NCBI GenBank assembly: GCA_964481655.1 | Contig: CAYZVO010000001.1 | Span: 63,002 to 127,001, forward strand | Source: an uncultured Enterobacterales bacterium | Lineage (GTDB): Bacteria; Myxococcota_A; UBA796; JAFGLY01 | Reading direction: 5' to 3' | Length of the DNA stretch: 64,000 nucleotides | Shown: piece by piece, positions 1 to 11,285 of the stretch | How positions within the stretch are numbered: position 1 is the first letter of the stretch | How the letters are laid out: the number at the start of each line of letters is the position of its first letter | Notes under the pieces: generated by a model | What the model saw: only the letters and a program-made list of their open reading frames with translations | Told to the model about the DNA's origin: nothing | Database searches by the model: none | Position numbers and translations under genes: made by a program

Positions 1-821
1 ACGGCCCAGGCGTTGCTGCCGCTCTCGTGGGGCGTGTCCAGCGCCAGGGCCCAGGCCGCCAGGGCGTCCTTCAGGCTCTGGGCGTCCACCGCGGGGGCGG
101 GCAGGCGCGAGCCCCGGGTCGTGGCGACGCCGCCGGCGTCTTGCAGCGGCAGGCCCGTGCTGGGGGGCACGACGCCTTCGGGGCTGGGCCAGCGCTCGGG
201 ATCCGGGTGCACGATGCCGGCCCCCAGGTCCGGGCTGGGGGCGGTGAGCAGGTTGAACAGCTCCATGGACTCGACCTGGGTGGCCACCCGATCCCGGACC
301 GGCTCGAGGCGCGCGTCCCAGCTCAGATCCCAGGCCTGCAGCCGGGCGACGGCGATGACGTCGCGGGGGGTCCACGGCGCGGGCTCGAGGCCCAGCAGCT
401 TCAGCTCCATGGGCCGGGGGAGCTCATCGCGGCCCCGGTTGATGCCGGCGCAGTAGGCCTCGACCCGCGCGCGGTCGGGCGCGGGCAGGTTGGCCACCGC
501 CTCGTCGAGGTTCAGGGTGAGCAGCCGCAGCTGGCGGTCCACGTCCAGCAGGGCCGCGCCGAGGATCTCGGCCAGGCGGCCCTGGGAGGCGTGGCGCATG
601 AGCTCGAGCTGCCAGCCCCGGTCGCGGGCGTGGAGGAAGCCCACCGCCAGGGCCAGGTCCTCGGGGCTCTCGGCCCGCACATGGGGCACACCCAGCGCGT
701 CGAAGTCGATCTCCACCGGGGCGCCCAGGGCCTCGACCTGGGTCTGCATCGAGGCCGGCGGCCAGGACGAGCGAGCGAGGCAGCCGCACAGCAGCAGCAG
801 CGAGAACGACAGCTGGCGCAT
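1..821 (-). CDS. Penicillin/AHL-acylase family (Ntn hydrolase) protein, N-terminal ~273 codons; 3' end lies beyond the left window edge
   Basis: Absent from the ORF track because it has no stop in the window. Manual translation of the third minus frame from ATG at 821 gives MRQLSFSLLLLCGC (signal), then GVPHVRAESPEDLALAVGFLHARDRGWQLELMRHASQGRLAEILG, ending HESGSNAWAV. That last motif is the Ser-Asn nucleophile that opens the beta subunit in this family. Confidence 0.8.
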   Translation of the reverse strand, partial: MRQLSFSLLLLCGCLARSSWPPASMQTQVEALGAPVEIDFDALGVPHVRAESPEDLALAVGFLHARDRGWQLELMRHASQGRLAEILGAALLDVDRQLRLLTLNLDEAVANLPAPDRARVEAYCAGINRGRDELPRPMELKLLGLEPAPWTPRDVIAVARLQAWDLSWDARLEPVRDRVATQVESMELFNLLTAPSPDLGAGIVHPDPERWPSPEGVVPPSTGLPLQDAGGVATTRGSRLPAPAVDAQSLKDALAAWALALDTPHESGSNAWA

Positions 822-935
822 GGTCCCTCCGCGAGTCGGTCCTCTCCGCTAACCGCGGCAACATGGGGCGGCCCGGTGATCGGTTGACCTGTCGGTCGGT
901 TTTGGAGAGCCTGCGCGACTGAAGTCCGCGCCCGC

Positions 936-1793
936 TCACCCCCCACAGGGCGTCGCCACCCCGTACCTCAAGGTCTGCTCGTACCCCAGCGTGAACCCCA
1001 GCACGCCCAGGATGGTGGAGAGGCTCTCCGCCGCGGGCAGGGGGCCGTGCTCCGTCGGCAGGGCCACCAGGTGGAGCTGGGGATCGATCAGGGTGACCTT
1101 GACGGGGCCATCGCCGAGCTTGGTCTTCTTGGGGAAGCCCACGTCCAGCCGCAGGGGCCCGCCGGCCACTGGGTGCAGGGAGGTGATGCTCAGCTCGCCA
1201 GCGGAGGCGCGCTCGCTCACGGGGAAGGTCTCCACCACCCGCACCGCCCGGGTCGCCTCGTCCCAGCCGGTCCAGACCATGACGGTGTCGGGATCGAGGG
1301 TCTCGATGATGCCGTCCACCAGGTTGGCGGCCTGGCCCCAGGCCTGGGCGCCCATCACCACCCCGTCGCCGCTCATGCCCACCGAGACCGATCCGTGGTC
1401 GCCCTCTTCGTCGTCCGCCAGGTCCTCGGGGCGCTCGTCCTGGGACGCTCCGCGGCCCACCATGGGGTGCAGGGGCACGTCCACCACCTCGATGTCGCTG
1501 TCGGCCCCCACGGGGACGAGCTCGTGCTCGATGCGGGTCCACAGGCCGTCCTCGAGGCGGCCGGAGAACGGCCCGGCCAGGGTGGTCTCCACCCGCTGGG
1601 GTTTCCCCACCAGGCCCCCGGGCAGGAACATCGCCACCCGCACCTGCGCCTGCCCCTCGAGCTCCCAGCAGCCCGGGGGGCCCTCGAGCAGGGCGCGGCC
1701 GCGGGCGCTCCAGCCGGTCACGTCGTCCAGGTCCACCTCTGGAGGCGGGGCAGCGCTGGCCGCGGCGATCAGGGCGAGCAAGAGGGTGCGCAT
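936..1793 (-). CDS. Secreted hypothetical protein
   Basis: 285-aa ORF with signal peptide MRTLLLALIAAASAAPP. Balanced composition, unlike the R/P-rich overlapping frames. Lies 3 nt downstream of the preceding same-strand ORF. Confidence 0.6.
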   Translation of the reverse strand: MRTLLLALIAAASAAPPPEVDLDDVTGWSARGRALLEGPPGCWELEGQAQVRVAMFLPGGLVGKPQRVETTLAGPFSGRLEDGLWTRIEHELVPVGADSDIEVVDVPLHPMVGRGASQDERPEDLADDEEGDHGSVSVGMSGDGVVMGAQAWGQAANLVDGIIETLDPDTVMVWTGWDEATRAVRVVETFPVSERASAGELSITSLHPVAGGPLRLDVGFPKKTKLGDGPVKVTLIDPQLHLVALPTEHGPLPAAESLSTILGVLGFTLGYEQTLRYGVATPCGG

Positions 1794-1796
1794 GGG

Positions 1797-2633
1797 TCAG
1801 TCCAGGGCCAGGTTCAGGCCCAGCGAGAGCTCGGTGATGGTGCCGGCGCTGGTCTCACGGACCTGACCGTTGACGGTCCAGCGCAGCAGGCCGGTGTCCA
1901 CGCCCACCGCGGCCAGGCCGTACCACTCGTGGCCGACGGGCAGGCCCGCGGCCTCGCGCTCCCCCGCCAGCAGCCAGGCGGGGCCGCCCCCCAGCTGCAG
2001 GCCCACGGGGCCCAGCTCGGTGCCGAGCATGGCCAGGGGGCCGGCGCCCAGGACGGGCTCGAGGGGCGCGCCGGAGGAGAACTCGGCACCGTCCCAGGCC
2101 AGGCGCGGGCCGACGGCGATGGAGATGGGGCCGGCCCAGGCCCCAGCCACGCTCTGGAGCGAGGCCTCGGCGCCGCGGGCCCCGGCGAAGCCCAGCGATC
2201 CTCGCAGGGCGCTCTCGCCGACCCACTGGGGGCCGAGGGGCAGCAGGGACCACCACTGGTGGCGCAGGGTCAGGCCGGCGCGCATCCCGCCGCCGGGTTC
2301 GGTGAGGCGGCCGACCCAGGCCAGCCGCGGACGCAGGCCGAAGCGGCCTCGCAGCAAGCCGCCGCCGTCGATCAGGCCCGCGAGCTCGGGGAGCTCGGCG
2401 GTGATGGCCTCGAGCTCGGGGGTTCCTTCCCGGGCGATGGCCTCGGCGCTGGGCTCGAGGCGCTCGAGGGCCGAGGGGAAGGCCACGTCGAGATCGATGA
2501 CGATGGGGCTGGGCTCGGGCTCAGGCTCTGCGGGCTCGACCGGGATCGGCGGCTCCGCCTCGGTCGTGTCGGCGTCGCCCTCGTCGGCGGCCGCGAGGGG
2601 GAGCAGGGTCAGCAGCAGGGGGAGCCAGGCCAT
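1797..2633 (-). CDS. Secreted hypothetical protein (G/A/L-rich, possibly beta-barrel)
   Basis: Track ORF is 1797..2669. Internal ATG at 2633 begins the signal peptide MAWLPLLLTLLPLAAA, followed by an acidic/Pro linker and a Gly/Ala/Leu-rich body. Confidence 0.55.
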   Translation of the reverse strand: MAWLPLLLTLLPLAAADEGDADTTEAEPPIPVEPAEPEPEPSPIVIDLDVAFPSALERLEPSAEAIAREGTPELEAITAELPELAGLIDGGGLLRGRFGLRPRLAWVGRLTEPGGGMRAGLTLRHQWWSLLPLGPQWVGESALRGSLGFAGARGAEASLQSVAGAWAGPISIAVGPRLAWDGAEFSSGAPLEPVLGAGPLAMLGTELGPVGLQLGGGPAWLLAGEREAAGLPVGHEWYGLAAVGVDTGLLRWTVNGQVRETSAGTITELSLGLNLALD

Positions 2634-2702
2634 GGGGGAGGGTATCGCTGGTGGAGCTGGTTCGGCCAACCCCCGCGCCGTCCAGTGGATTCCGACGCTC
2701 GG

Positions 2703-3434
2703 TCAGGCGTCGTCCAGGATGTCCTCACCGTACAGCTCGACCGCGCAGCCCTCGCACAGCCCGTGGCTGAACTGGGCCTCGGAGTGCTCGGCGATGTAGG
2801 CCTCGATCTGCTTCCAGTAGCCCTGGTCGTCGCGGATCTTCTTGCAGTGGGCGCAGATGGGCAAAAAGCCGCTCAGGAGCTTCACCTCGGCGAAGGAGCG
2901 CTGCCGGGAACGCTCGAAGAGGTAGGCGAAGAGCACCGTGCCGCCCAGAGACAGGGCGAAGCGGACGAAGAAGACGGGATCGTGCTCGGCCATCACGGTG
3001 TCGGCCTGGGTCTGCCAGGCCAGGGCGAGCACGGGCGCGGCGAACAGCAGGGCCGCGATGAGGCCCCGGACGTGGCCCAGCAGGAAGAACGGCACCAGGA
3101 CGAAGAACGGCGCCCAGAAGAACGGAGAGCTGCGCCCGAGGTCGCAGGCGATCACCCAGAGGATCCCCGCAGCCCCCACCAGCACCAAGGTCATCATCGC
3201 CGGGTCGAGGCGGCGGGTGAGGCGCCACACCACCAGGTTCCCCGCTGTGAGGACCATGCCGATCCCACAGCCGATGGCGATGTCGGTCTGTCCGCGCGCG
3301 AACATCAAGGCCGCGAAGGCCCCGAAGATCCCGGCGCCCACCACGCTGTAGGCGTAGAACAGGCGCGCGAGGCGCGCGGCGTGGCCCCCGGGCCAGGGGT
3401 CCGATCGGGGGCTTGGGCGGTCGGGTCTGGTCAC
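2703..3434 (-). CDS. Polytopic membrane protein with C-terminal CxxC-x29-CxxC module
   Basis: Track ORF is 2703..3629, but its first 65 codons are R-rich and overlap the end of the upstream gene. GTG at 3434 gives ~243 aa with about six hydrophobic helices, then LPICAHCKKIRDDQGYWKQIEAYIAEHSEAQFSHGLCEGCAVELYGE. Confidence 0.6.
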   Translation of the reverse strand: MTRPDRPSPRSDPWPGGHAARLARLFYAYSVVGAGIFGAFAALMFARGQTDIAIGCGIGMVLTAGNLVVWRLTRRLDPAMMTLVLVGAAGILWVIACDLGRSSPFFWAPFFVLVPFFLLGHVRGLIAALLFAAPVLALAWQTQADTVMAEHDPVFFVRFALSLGGTVLFAYLFERSRQRSFAEVKLLSGFLPICAHCKKIRDDQGYWKQIEAYIAEHSEAQFSHGLCEGCAVELYGEDILDDA

Positions 3435-3466
3435 GGCGGCACCGTAGCACGTGGGCGTCGCCCCGC

Positions 3467-5965
<2,499 letters not shown>

Positions 5966-6153
5966 AGGGCACCTCGGACGGGGTCCGGCCCCACGGTAGC
6001 ACGGGGTGTCCGAGGTGAATGGCGGCTCGTCGCCCGGCGGCCTTTCCGTCGCAGCGCGGTCGGTTACACAGCGGCGCTCCATCCCGCGTTCCCTGCGCTC
6101 GGGAACGGGACAGTGTCGCCAGCGCACCCCTGGTGAAGAGGAGCGGATCGGTC

Positions 6154-7656
6154 GTGCCCCAACCCGGAGACCTCATCAGCAGCTGGGAAGTCCTGCGCCC
6201 CATCGGTGCAGGCGGCATGGGCAGCGTGTTCCTGTGCCGCGACACCCTGGGCGCCCGGATCCAGGCCGCGGTCAAGGTCAACGCCATGGTCAGCCCCGAG
6301 GGCCGCCAGCGCTTCATGCGCGAGGTGGAGGCCCTGTCGGCCATCGAGCACCCGGGCATCGTGGCCCTGCTGAGCTGGGGCGAAGACCCCGAGCGCCAGC
6401 TGCTGTGGCTGGCCATGGAGAACCTCGAGGGCGAGAACCTCGAGGACCGCCTGGAGCGCGGCGCCATGCCCTTGGACGAGGCGGTGGAGGTGTTCACGCT
6501 GCTGGCCCGCGCCCTGCAGCACGCCCACGCGGGTGGCATCTTCCACCGGGACGTCAAGCCCGCCAACATCGTCCTCACCGACGACGGGCCCCGCCTGGTG
6601 GACTTCGGCATCGCTTTCCAGCAGGACCGCACCCGGCTGACCACCGAGAACCAGGTCCCCGGCACCGTCCGCTACATGCCCCCCGAGCTCATCACGGCCT
6701 CGGTGGCTCCGGACCCACACTCCAGCGACATCTACGCCCTGGGTACCATCCTCTGTGAGGCCCTCACCGGGCGCCCGACCATCGAGCTGCCCGACGGTCT
6801 GTCCGACGGGCAGCGCTTCGCCAAGGTCATGGCCTCCAAGCTCGACGCCAGCGCCTGTGATCCGGGGCCGGGCCATCCGGCGCACCTGCGGGAGCTGGTG
6901 CGGCGGTCCACCGACCCCGATCCCGCCGCGCGCCTGGATGACTGGGACCACTTCCTGGACCTGCTCGAGGGGCGGGGTGCCGCGACCCGGGGGAGCTCCC
7001 GGCCATGGGCGGTAGCTCTGGGGGCCCTGGGCCTGGCGGCCATGGTCGCGGTGGGGTTGCTGATCATCGATCGGCTGGCCGTGCCCGATGAGGCCCCCGA
7101 GACAGCCACACCGGAGAGGGTCGAGCCACCGCCGGAGGCGCCGGATCCCGCGGTGGTCACCCAGGCCGAGCCGGTGCCACAGCCCGAGCTGGTGGCGGAG
7201 CCCGCTGTCGAGCCGCAGCCCGAACCCACGACCGTGGTGGAGCCGAGTGCCCCTCCGGTGCGGGACGAGCCCCCACCTGCGGTGGAGGTCGCGGCGGTCG
7301 AGCCGCCGCCCGATCCCGTGTCCGACGCGTCCACGCCGGTCGCAGGCGTCGGGGAGGTCCTCATCACGGTGAACGGAACCCCGCGCACCGTGAGGGTCGC
7401 CGACCTCGTCCTGGCGGCCCGGGACGGCGAAGACACTCGGCTGAACACCACCACGGGCTCGTTCCTCTGCGAAGAGACCATCACGGATCTGGACCGGGCC
7501 ATCGCGGACCCCGCTGTGCTGCGGGTCCACCGTGACTTCTTGGTGAACGCGGCCCACGTCACCATGGTGGAGGACGACTTCGCCGTCACCTCGGCGGGCG
7601 ATGTGACCGTCAGCCCCCGCTACCTCGAGCCCCTGCGCGCCGCCGCCGGGCTCTGA
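6154..7656 (+). CDS. Ser/Thr protein kinase - single TM - Pro-rich linker - LytTR-like domain fusion
   Basis: Kinase motifs: GAGGMGSVF, AVK, HRDVKPANIV, DFG, and GTVRYMPPE. TM segment: PWAVALGALGLAAMVAVGLLII. C-terminus: VLITVNGTPRTVRVADLVLAARDGEDTRL..LRVHRDFLVNAAHV..VSPRYLEPLR, which fits the LytTR pattern. The start is uncertain: the track gives 6019; GTG at 6154 follows GAGGAG at 6139-6144, and GTG at 6133 is also possible. Confidence 0.8.
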   Translation: MPQPGDLISSWEVLRPIGAGGMGSVFLCRDTLGARIQAAVKVNAMVSPEGRQRFMREVEALSAIEHPGIVALLSWGEDPERQLLWLAMENLEGENLEDRLERGAMPLDEAVEVFTLLARALQHAHAGGIFHRDVKPANIVLTDDGPRLVDFGIAFQQDRTRLTTENQVPGTVRYMPPELITASVAPDPHSSDIYALGTILCEALTGRPTIELPDGLSDGQRFAKVMASKLDASACDPGPGHPAHLRELVRRSTDPDPAARLDDWDHFLDLLEGRGAATRGSSRPWAVALGALGLAAMVAVGLLIIDRLAVPDEAPETATPERVEPPPEAPDPAVVTQAEPVPQPELVAEPAVEPQPEPTTVVEPSAPPVRDEPPPAVEVAAVEPPPDPVSDASTPVAGVGEVLITVNGTPRTVRVADLVLAARDGEDTRLNTTTGSFLCEETITDLDRAIADPAVLRVHRDFLVNAAHVTMVEDDFAVTSAGDVTVSPRYLEPLRAAAGL

Positions 7657-7668
7657 CCCGGAGCACCC

Positions 7669-8820
7669 ATGTCCCTCGTCCTCGCCCTGTTGCTGTTCGC
7701 TGCCCCCGCGCTCGCCGCCGACGGCGACGGCGACGGCTACGACGAGAGCGTGGACTGCGACGACACGAACCCGAAGGTGAACCCCGGCGCCAGCGAGGTG
7801 CCCGGCAACGATCTGGACGACGACTGCGACGGGTTGGCCAGCTGCTACGCGGACTATGACTACGACGGCTACGGCCAGGACGGCGTGTACTGGGAGTGGG
7901 AGTACGACGGCATGTACTTCACCTGCGTCAACAGCGAGCTGGGCGCCCCTGTCGGCGGAGACTGCGACGAGCAGGACTGGACCATCCACCCCGGCGCCAC
8001 CGAGCTCTGTGACAACGGGGTCGACGAGGACTGCAGCGGCAGCGACGGCGTGACGGAGACGCTGTACTACGACGGTGATCAGGACGGCTACGGCGGCCTC
8101 GAGAGCGTGGTTGCGTGCGAGTGGGAGGACCCCTGGTACGTGTCCGAGGACGGTGACTGCGACGATGAGCGCGCGGACCGCAGCCCGGGCCTGGATGAGC
8201 AGGTCGGCAGCGGGCTGGACGAGGACTGTGACGGTGAGTCCGAGTGCTGGGTGGACGACGACGGCGACGGCTACGGCGGCGAGGAGACCCTGCTGTTGCA
8301 GGTGGACGAGATCGGCGAGGCTGCATGCGACGACGGCGGCAGCGCCAGCGTCGATGGCGACTGTCGCGACGATGACGCTGGCGTTCACCCCGAGGCCGAT
8401 GAGGTCTGCAACGAGCTGGACGATGACTGCGACGACGAGGTCGACGAGGGGCTCGCGACCTCGGTCTGGTACGGCGACGCCGATGGCGACGGCTGGGGTG
8501 AGGGCGAAGGCGTCGAGGCCTGCGAAGAGCCCGACGGCTCCAGCGCGGTGGACGGTGACTGCGACGACGACGACCCCGACGCCTTCCCGGGCAATGATGA
8601 GACCTGGTACGACGGCGTGGACGGGGACTGCGACGGCGCCGACGACTACGACCAGGACGGCGACGGCGTGCAGGTCTCCGATGACTGCGACGATCTGGAC
8701 GCCGAGGTCTCCAGCTGCGACGAGGGCGTCAGCGGGGGGATGCGCTGCGGCAGCGTCGCGGCCCCGGCGGCGGCCTGGCTGCTGGCCCTGCTGCCCGTCA
8801 TCGCCCGGAGGCGGCGGTGA
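7669..8820 (+). CDS. Secreted MopE-type repeat protein with MYXO-CTERM-like sorting tail
   Basis: Signal peptide MSLVLALLLFAAPALAA. Repeated DGDGYG/DCDD/PGAxExCNxxDDDCD units. The tail GGMRCGSVAAPAAAWLLALLPVIARRRR has Cys, a hydrophobic helix and an Arg cluster. Confidence 0.8.
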   Translation: MSLVLALLLFAAPALAADGDGDGYDESVDCDDTNPKVNPGASEVPGNDLDDDCDGLASCYADYDYDGYGQDGVYWEWEYDGMYFTCVNSELGAPVGGDCDEQDWTIHPGATELCDNGVDEDCSGSDGVTETLYYDGDQDGYGGLESVVACEWEDPWYVSEDGDCDDERADRSPGLDEQVGSGLDEDCDGESECWVDDDGDGYGGEETLLLQVDEIGEAACDDGGSASVDGDCRDDDAGVHPEADEVCNELDDDCDDEVDEGLATSVWYGDADGDGWGEGEGVEACEEPDGSSAVDGDCDDDDPDAFPGNDETWYDGVDGDCDGADDYDQDGDGVQVSDDCDDLDAEVSSCDEGVSGGMRCGSVAAPAAAWLLALLPVIARRRR

Positions 8821-11150
8821 TCCGCGCACTGGTCACCCTGTGGCTGCTGCTGTGGGCGTTCACGGCCCAGGCCCAGGAGGGCATGGACGGCCACGGCGTG
8901 GTCGTGGCGGCCAGCGACGGCGACGCCGCGGATCTGCTCTACACCTGGCGGCCCGAGCGACAACAGGCCGGCTCGTTCGGGGCGGAGGCCATCTTCGAGT
9001 ACGCCAGCGATCCCCTGGTGTTGAAGTTCTACCGGGACGGCGAGCTGAGCTCGACCCAGGCCCTGGTGGACGATCTCTTCACCATGAACCTGGGCGGCAG
9101 CTGGGCGCCCCATGAGCGCCTGGCCCTGGGCGCGGCCTTCCCCCTCTTCCTGTCCGGCTGGGGCCCCGACGGACCCCTGGGCTTCGCCGTGGGCGACCTG
9201 CGCCTCTCGGCTGCGGGGGGCCTGGTGCTGCCCGACGCGGCGGGGCGGGGCTTCGGGCTGTCGCTGGTGCCCTACGTGGACCTGCCCACCGGAGCGGAGG
9301 CTGTGAACCTGGGCCGGACGGGGGCCGGCGGCGGCCTGATCCTGCCCGTCGGCCTCGCAGGCCCCCGCCTGGCCTTGACGGCGAACCTGGGCGCGGGCGT
9401 GGACCCCGCGCTCGATCTGTACGACCTGAACGGCGGCCCCCACGGGATCGTCGGCCTTGGGACCAGCGCCGTGTTGAGCGACGCCCTCGCCCTGCGGGCC
9501 GAGGCCCACGTGGAGCCCAACCTGCGCAGCTTCGCCGCCAACGAATCCCCCGGTGAGGCCGCCCTGTCCCTGCGCCTCCGCACCGCCGGCGGGGGGCACC
9601 TCACCGTCGGCGGCTCGGCGGCCATCACCCCCGGCGTGGGCGCGGCCTTCTGGCGGGTGTTCCTGGGGGCGGGCTTCGCCGCCAAGGCCCCCTTGGACCC
9701 GGACCTCGACGGCTTCATCGGCGCCGACGACGCCTGCCCCCGGGATGCCGAGGTCTTCAACGACTGGAAGGACGATGACGGTTGCCCCGACGCCCTGGCG
9801 ACCCTCGGCCTGACCGTGCGGGACAGCGAGGGGGTGCTGCTGCCGGATCTGGACATCCTCGACGGCGACGAGCTGCTTGGACGCACCGACGCCGAGGGAG
9901 CCTTGCGCATCGAGGGGCTCGAGCCGGGCCGGGAGCTGTCGCTGGTCCCGGATCACTTCCACCTCCAACCCATGGATGCCCAGGACCTGGTCCTGGCCGA
10001 GGGCGACAACCCCGCGCTGCTCGAGCCCAGCTGGCTCCCCGGTCGCGTCGTGGTGGTCACCCGCAGTCAGCAGGGCCCCATCACCAACGCCGCCGCCAGC
10101 TTCGAGGGCCCCGCCGAGGCGCCTGGAGGCCCCGTGACCGACGGGCGCCGGCGCTTCTTCCTGGCCCCGGGCGACTGGCGGGTGCTGGTCTCGGCCCCGA
10201 GCTTCGAGACCGAGCAGCGGGATCTGAGCATCGGCCCGGACGAGACCGCCGAGGTGATCATCGAGGTGATCCTCGAGCCCGAGCTCCGCGGCGACACCTG
10301 GCTGCGCGTGGTGACCACCGACGGCGAGGGGCTGCCGGTGCCCGAGGTCTCCATCACCTCGGCCCAGCAGCTGCTGGGGATCAGCGACGCCAACGGCGAG
10401 CTCCGCCTGACGGGGCTGCAGGCGGGTGTCGTGATGGAGCTGGGGGCCGAGCACTTCTTCACCGAGCCCTTCGAGCCTGTCACCGTCGAGCTGTCGGCGG
10501 GGCGCAACGACATGGTCCTGCAGCTGCGCTGGCTGCCGGGTCGAGTCAAGGTCATCACCCGCAGCCAGCAGGGCCCCATCACCAGCGCCACCGCCCGCTT
10601 CGAGGGTCCCCGCGGGGAGCTGGACGGGGGTGGCGCGGTGACTGATGGTGAGCGCCTGTTCTACCTCTCCTCCGGGCACTGGGAGGTCTTCGTCAGCGCC
10701 CCCGAGTTCGACGTGGAGCAGCGCTCCCTGGACATCCTGCCCGACGAGACCTCAGTGGTGGTGGTCGAGGTCGAGCTGAAGCCCGAGACCGTGCGCGAGG
10801 AGCAGGACGCCATCGTGCTGCTGGACAACATCTACTTCGACCACGACCGCTGGAGCATCCGGCCGGAGTCCGAGCCCCTGGTGCGCCAGGTGGCCGTCGT
10901 GTTGAAGTCCAGGCCCGACCTGCTCCACATCGAGGTGCGCGGTCACACCGACAGCCGGGGCAGCGAGACCTACAACCTCTACCTCTCCCAGAAGCGGGTC
11001 GAGGCCGTGGTGGCGCGCCTGGTGGAGCTGGGGATCGAGCCGGGGCGCCTGAAGGCCCAGGGCTTCGGCGAGTCCCAGCCGGTGGCCAGCAACGACGATG
11101 CGCAGGGGCGCGAGCTGAACCGGCGGGTGGAGTTCGTGATCGTGGAGTGA
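8817..11150 (+). CDS. OmpA-family outer-membrane protein (N-terminal barrel-like region, TSP3-like Asp box, two Ig/CarboxypepD_reg-like repeats, OmpA C-terminal domain)
   Basis: GTG at 8817 overlaps the upstream stop (GTGA). Signal peptide MIRALVTLWLLLWAFTAQAQ. Asp box DPDLDGFIGADDACPRDAEVFNDWKDDDGCPD. C-terminus IYFDHDRWSIRPES..IEVRGHTDSRGSETYNLYLSQKRVEAV..GFGESQPVASNDDAQGRELNRRVEFVIVE. Confidence 0.88.
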   Translation: MIRALVTLWLLLWAFTAQAQEGMDGHGVVVAASDGDAADLLYTWRPERQQAGSFGAEAIFEYASDPLVLKFYRDGELSSTQALVDDLFTMNLGGSWAPHERLALGAAFPLFLSGWGPDGPLGFAVGDLRLSAAGGLVLPDAAGRGFGLSLVPYVDLPTGAEAVNLGRTGAGGGLILPVGLAGPRLALTANLGAGVDPALDLYDLNGGPHGIVGLGTSAVLSDALALRAEAHVEPNLRSFAANESPGEAALSLRLRTAGGGHLTVGGSAAITPGVGAAFWRVFLGAGFAAKAPLDPDLDGFIGADDACPRDAEVFNDWKDDDGCPDALATLGLTVRDSEGVLLPDLDILDGDELLGRTDAEGALRIEGLEPGRELSLVPDHFHLQPMDAQDLVLAEGDNPALLEPSWLPGRVVVVTRSQQGPITNAAASFEGPAEAPGGPVTDGRRRFFLAPGDWRVLVSAPSFETEQRDLSIGPDETAEVIIEVILEPELRGDTWLRVVTTDGEGLPVPEVSITSAQQLLGISDANGELRLTGLQAGVVMELGAEHFFTEPFEPVTVELSAGRNDMVLQLRWLPGRVKVITRSQQGPITSATARFEGPRGELDGGGAVTDGERLFYLSSGHWEVFVSAPEFDVEQRSLDILPDETSVVVVEVELKPETVREEQDAIVLLDNIYFDHDRWSIRPESEPLVRQVAVVLKSRPDLLHIEVRGHTDSRGSETYNLYLSQKRVEAVVARLVELGIEPGRLKAQGFGESQPVASNDDAQGRELNRRVEFVIVE
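10032..10790 (+). repeat. Intragenic duplication with a 498-bp period (two ~85-aa units inside the OmpA-family gene)
   Basis: WLPGRVVVVTRSQQGPITNAAASFEGP... starts at 10032 and WLPGRVKVITRSQQGPITSATARFEGP... at 10530. The nucleotide similarity is obvious (tggctSccSggtcgMgtc...acccgcagYcagcagggccccatcacca). Confidence 0.75.
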
Positions 11151-11151
11151 A

Positions 11152-11176
11152 CGGCTGGCTGCTGCGCATCCAGCCG
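11152..11176 (+). terminator. Stem-loop just after the OmpA-family stop (possible terminator; no U-tract)
   Basis: cggctgg (11152-58) pairs with ccagccg (11170-76) across an 11-nt loop. It sits in the only long convergent intergenic gap in the window. Confidence 0.25.
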
Positions 11177-11285
11177 ACATCTGGGTGACGGACGCGTCTC
11201 TGCTGGACGCGGTGGCGGCGTCGGCGCGGGTGAAGCTCGACAGCGCGTGGGGGTGCGGAGGATCGGCTCCAGCCAACGAAGGGCG

